A stretch of DNA of 64,000 nucleotides from Bigelowiella natans CCMP2755 (lineage: Eukaryota; Protista; Cercozoa), in the NCBI GenBank assembly GCA_000320545.1, contig ADNK01001913.1, positions 1-64,000 on the forward strand. The letters run 5' to 3'. Positions 61,343 to 64,000 of the stretch are shown here, piece by piece. Under the pieces are notes generated by a model, which worked only from the letters and a program-made list of their open reading frames with translations, ran no database searches and was not told where the DNA came from. How positions within the stretch are numbered: position 1 is the stretch's first letter; each line of letters starts with the position of its first letter. The translations under genes were made by a program, and so were the position numbers.

Positions 61343-63781
61343 TTACGACCGACGAGCAAGTATGACCTCATCTAACCACGGGTTGCTGAACTTCCCCTCA
61401 GGATCTATATTGCCTACGTGGTGCCGAAAAGCCTCCAGCTTCGGGCCATACATGCGAGAGGCCTTTGCATGCGTCAAGTTGCTTAGTTTCCCCCTGCCAC
61501 ACAGCAGTATTCAGGTGAAATCACATTCGGTACATTTCGTCTGTTTTCAGCGATAATGTATACGCCCTAAATCTAAGTCTCGCTATCGATCATGGCGCTG
61601 TGGGAAGCTTCACAGTGGTAAAAGAAAGCACCAGTGCGGTTTGGGATTGAAGTCACTCAGTCCGTCTTCTACGATGGCAGCTGCTTGCAGCACCCTCTCT
61701 TCTCCGAGCCCTGAATGGATGCCGTGCGAAATCGCCAGAGTGTCAAAGCCGTCTTCCTCGGATGCGTTATAGGGGGACAAGGCCTAAGTGGCAGCATTGA
61801 CGATGATAAATATGAGTTTTCGAGCGCTGGAATAGCCTCGAAGCGCGGATGCAGAGCGACTTGTGAAAGGCCATCAATATTCATTCAATGCATGCTGAGG
61901 ATCTAGCTTGCTCCACCTGATCATCAGCTCTGACAGCTCTTATTTCTGCGTATAAGATTCCCGGCCATGACCGTGCGATTAGATGCAGGCGCTCCAGGCA
62001 CTCCTTGGCGTATCTTAATGGAACGAAATGCTCGAATTGCAGCTCGGGAGCTCCTTGAGGGCCGAATGGTGCCGCATCCTTCATCCAAACATGCAGTTGG
62101 TCAAACCAGCGGCCTGTGATGATAACAACCCATGATTAGTGCTCGCAGCTACACATACACCACCGTCGAATGGAGGATTGTGTGGAGGCGCTGATGTTTA
62201 CACACGTCTGGCGAGTGCATCAAGCACGGTAAGAGAGAGAGAGAGAGAGAGGGTGAGAGAGGAGGGGGGGGATTAGATTGAGAGAAATTGGGCTGGAGGT
62301 TCGAAGCAGAGATTGTATTGTTTTCGTTCTCAATAGCACACCGTAGGGTATGTGCAAAATATACCTTTCACTGTGGTCTCAAAGGTATCCCCTTCGATGA
62401 AATTGTAGACCGCGTCGTTCTTTAGCAGTAGCTTCCCAAATCTTTGTTTCGGGGAGAACCCTACGCTTGAATTGCATTTCTCGCCCTTCCTAGCTTCTCT
62501 TTCCCCCGAGGCGGAGGCGTCGCCTGCAGCAGCTGGGGTAAAGCGTTTTAAAATCAACATCCCGGGCGCATCAACGGAAAAGTCGACGAAGAGACTGAAA
62601 GCGTCGCAGCTTCGCATTGCCTCGGGCAATACTGCCAAGGCGTCAGATAGTTCAGCTCCTGTCGGGCCATGGCTCTCATGCGCGGGCCAAGAGCCGTAGA
62701 CACATTGCTCCACGTCGAAATTACGTACGAGCTGCAGCTTAAGGTGAGTGCAAATGCCAAGCATCCCCAATGAGACCACAGAGAACGAGAACTCCGGATC
62801 TGAATCATTATCACGAATAATATTATGATGCTAAAATGTCATCAACCTCGCCATAGTTTCCACGAAAGTAATTTTAACTGTAATCAATATCATCATCATC
62901 ACCCATACGACGACAACCCAAAGCAGCAGCAGCAGCAGCAGCAGCAGTGTTAAACATTCTCTCCTCTCTTTTCCGACCTCCTTTTCTAACAGTTCTCGTC
63001 TCGCCATCTGCTCCGACAAATTTCATTTCTACGACCGCATCTGCTAGGCCGCTTATTGCCACTCGTCCACATGGTCCTACCCCGCTCTGCATCGAGTAGA
63101 GACAATATGGACTCACTCGGCTTTTCCCCTCATCACGGATCATCAGCAATATTTCACCAGCTTTACAGAATTACAGTAAATGCAAAAGTTACCGATCCAT
63201 GGGTTCCTGTAGCAACCGCTCCGGCAACGCTGAAATGGGGCAGGGCTGCAGTCATTGGCAAAGCCCACGACGTGTCCCTAGTAAGGAATGATTAATGGGT
63301 CTATCAAGCACATAAAATTGACATATTTACACGTTGTTTCAACGTTTTAGATACCTTAAGGCATTGCAGAGCTCACTATATGTAGTTCCAGCATCAATGG
63401 AAACGACACCTTCAATGTCATCAAGCAGGCAAATGCGAGGCATCTTTCTCATCGAAACGAACCCGATGTTATCGTCGCCAGCATTGAAGAGCGGGGAGAA
63501 CGAATGCGTGCTGCCGATGGCCCTGAGCTTTGGGTCTAGTTTAGAATCCATCAAAATTCAGCGGTTAACATTCAACGAAAAGGGCAAAAGATTCAGATCT
63601 GCTCACGCGAGGCCACTGTGTGCTGAAGAGCTTCCATGTTTTCTGGCTCGAAGAGTCTTGTCGCAGGGCCCCAAGACTGGTTGCCAGCCCAGTTTGCAAA
63701 TCGCCAAGAATCGTGCCGATCCCTCTCCGCCCATGGCCAACGATACATCGGGCTTGGAATCATTGAACGCAGCCTGCGCAT
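61343..63781 (-). CDS. FAD-linked oxidase of the alditol/xylitol oxidase (AldO, VAO-family) type
   Basis: FANWAGN; LRAIGSTHSFSP (His for covalent FAD); SIDAGTTYSEL; LPHFSVAGAVATGTHGS; VSLGMLGICT; ELQFEHFVP; EIRAVRADD; KPHWGK; IDPEGKFSNPWL. Confidence 0.88.
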
Positions 63782-64000
63782 GGGGAGGGGGGTGGCACGT
63801 CCTTCCGAGGCAACAAATCTCGAGAATCAAAATTATTAGGAAATATGGTCATACCCCATATCTTTTCCATCTGCGACAACCACAGTATGTTGTCGCAAAG
63901 ATCAACCAATTTTTCCCAGCAAAGAAACATCTTGGAAGTTTCTGATAGTGAATTGAGAAATGCGACGGGAGAAAAGCGTTGTCGCAGGGAATCAATGCGG

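Overview
Eukaryotic nuclear DNA, gene-dense (about 14 genes plus a pseudogene in 64 kb) and intron-rich, with short GT-AG introns full of (TA)n/(CA)n/(GA)n microsatellites. A PsbP-domain (PPD1) gene with signal peptide + transit-like peptide + twin-arginine lumen signal points to an alga with a green secondary plastid, most likely a chlorarachniophyte (inference). Exon structures were assembled by eye. Genes: a large GYF_2-domain protein, an intronless U-box/SAM/Kelch E3 ligase, a frataxin-like protein, an apparent NAP-NAP-MenH fusion, a triple-YjbQ protein, a sulfotransferase, PPD1, a RING/LON-N protein, an Orai-like channel, a RING-H2 protein, an alditol-oxidase-like flavoprotein and several unknowns. 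The most striking unexplained signal is a set of localized zones downstream of gene 3' ends where TpA is strongly depleted, TpG/CpA are abundant, and surviving TpA lies largely in CTAG. Internal comparisons (terminal Kelch repeat versus its sister repeats, an ankyrin relic) indicate TpA->TpG/CpA (A->G) mutation, the opposite direction to fungal RIP. This suggests a region-targeted adenine-mutation process. All counts are hand counts and all gene models need RNA-seq confirmation.
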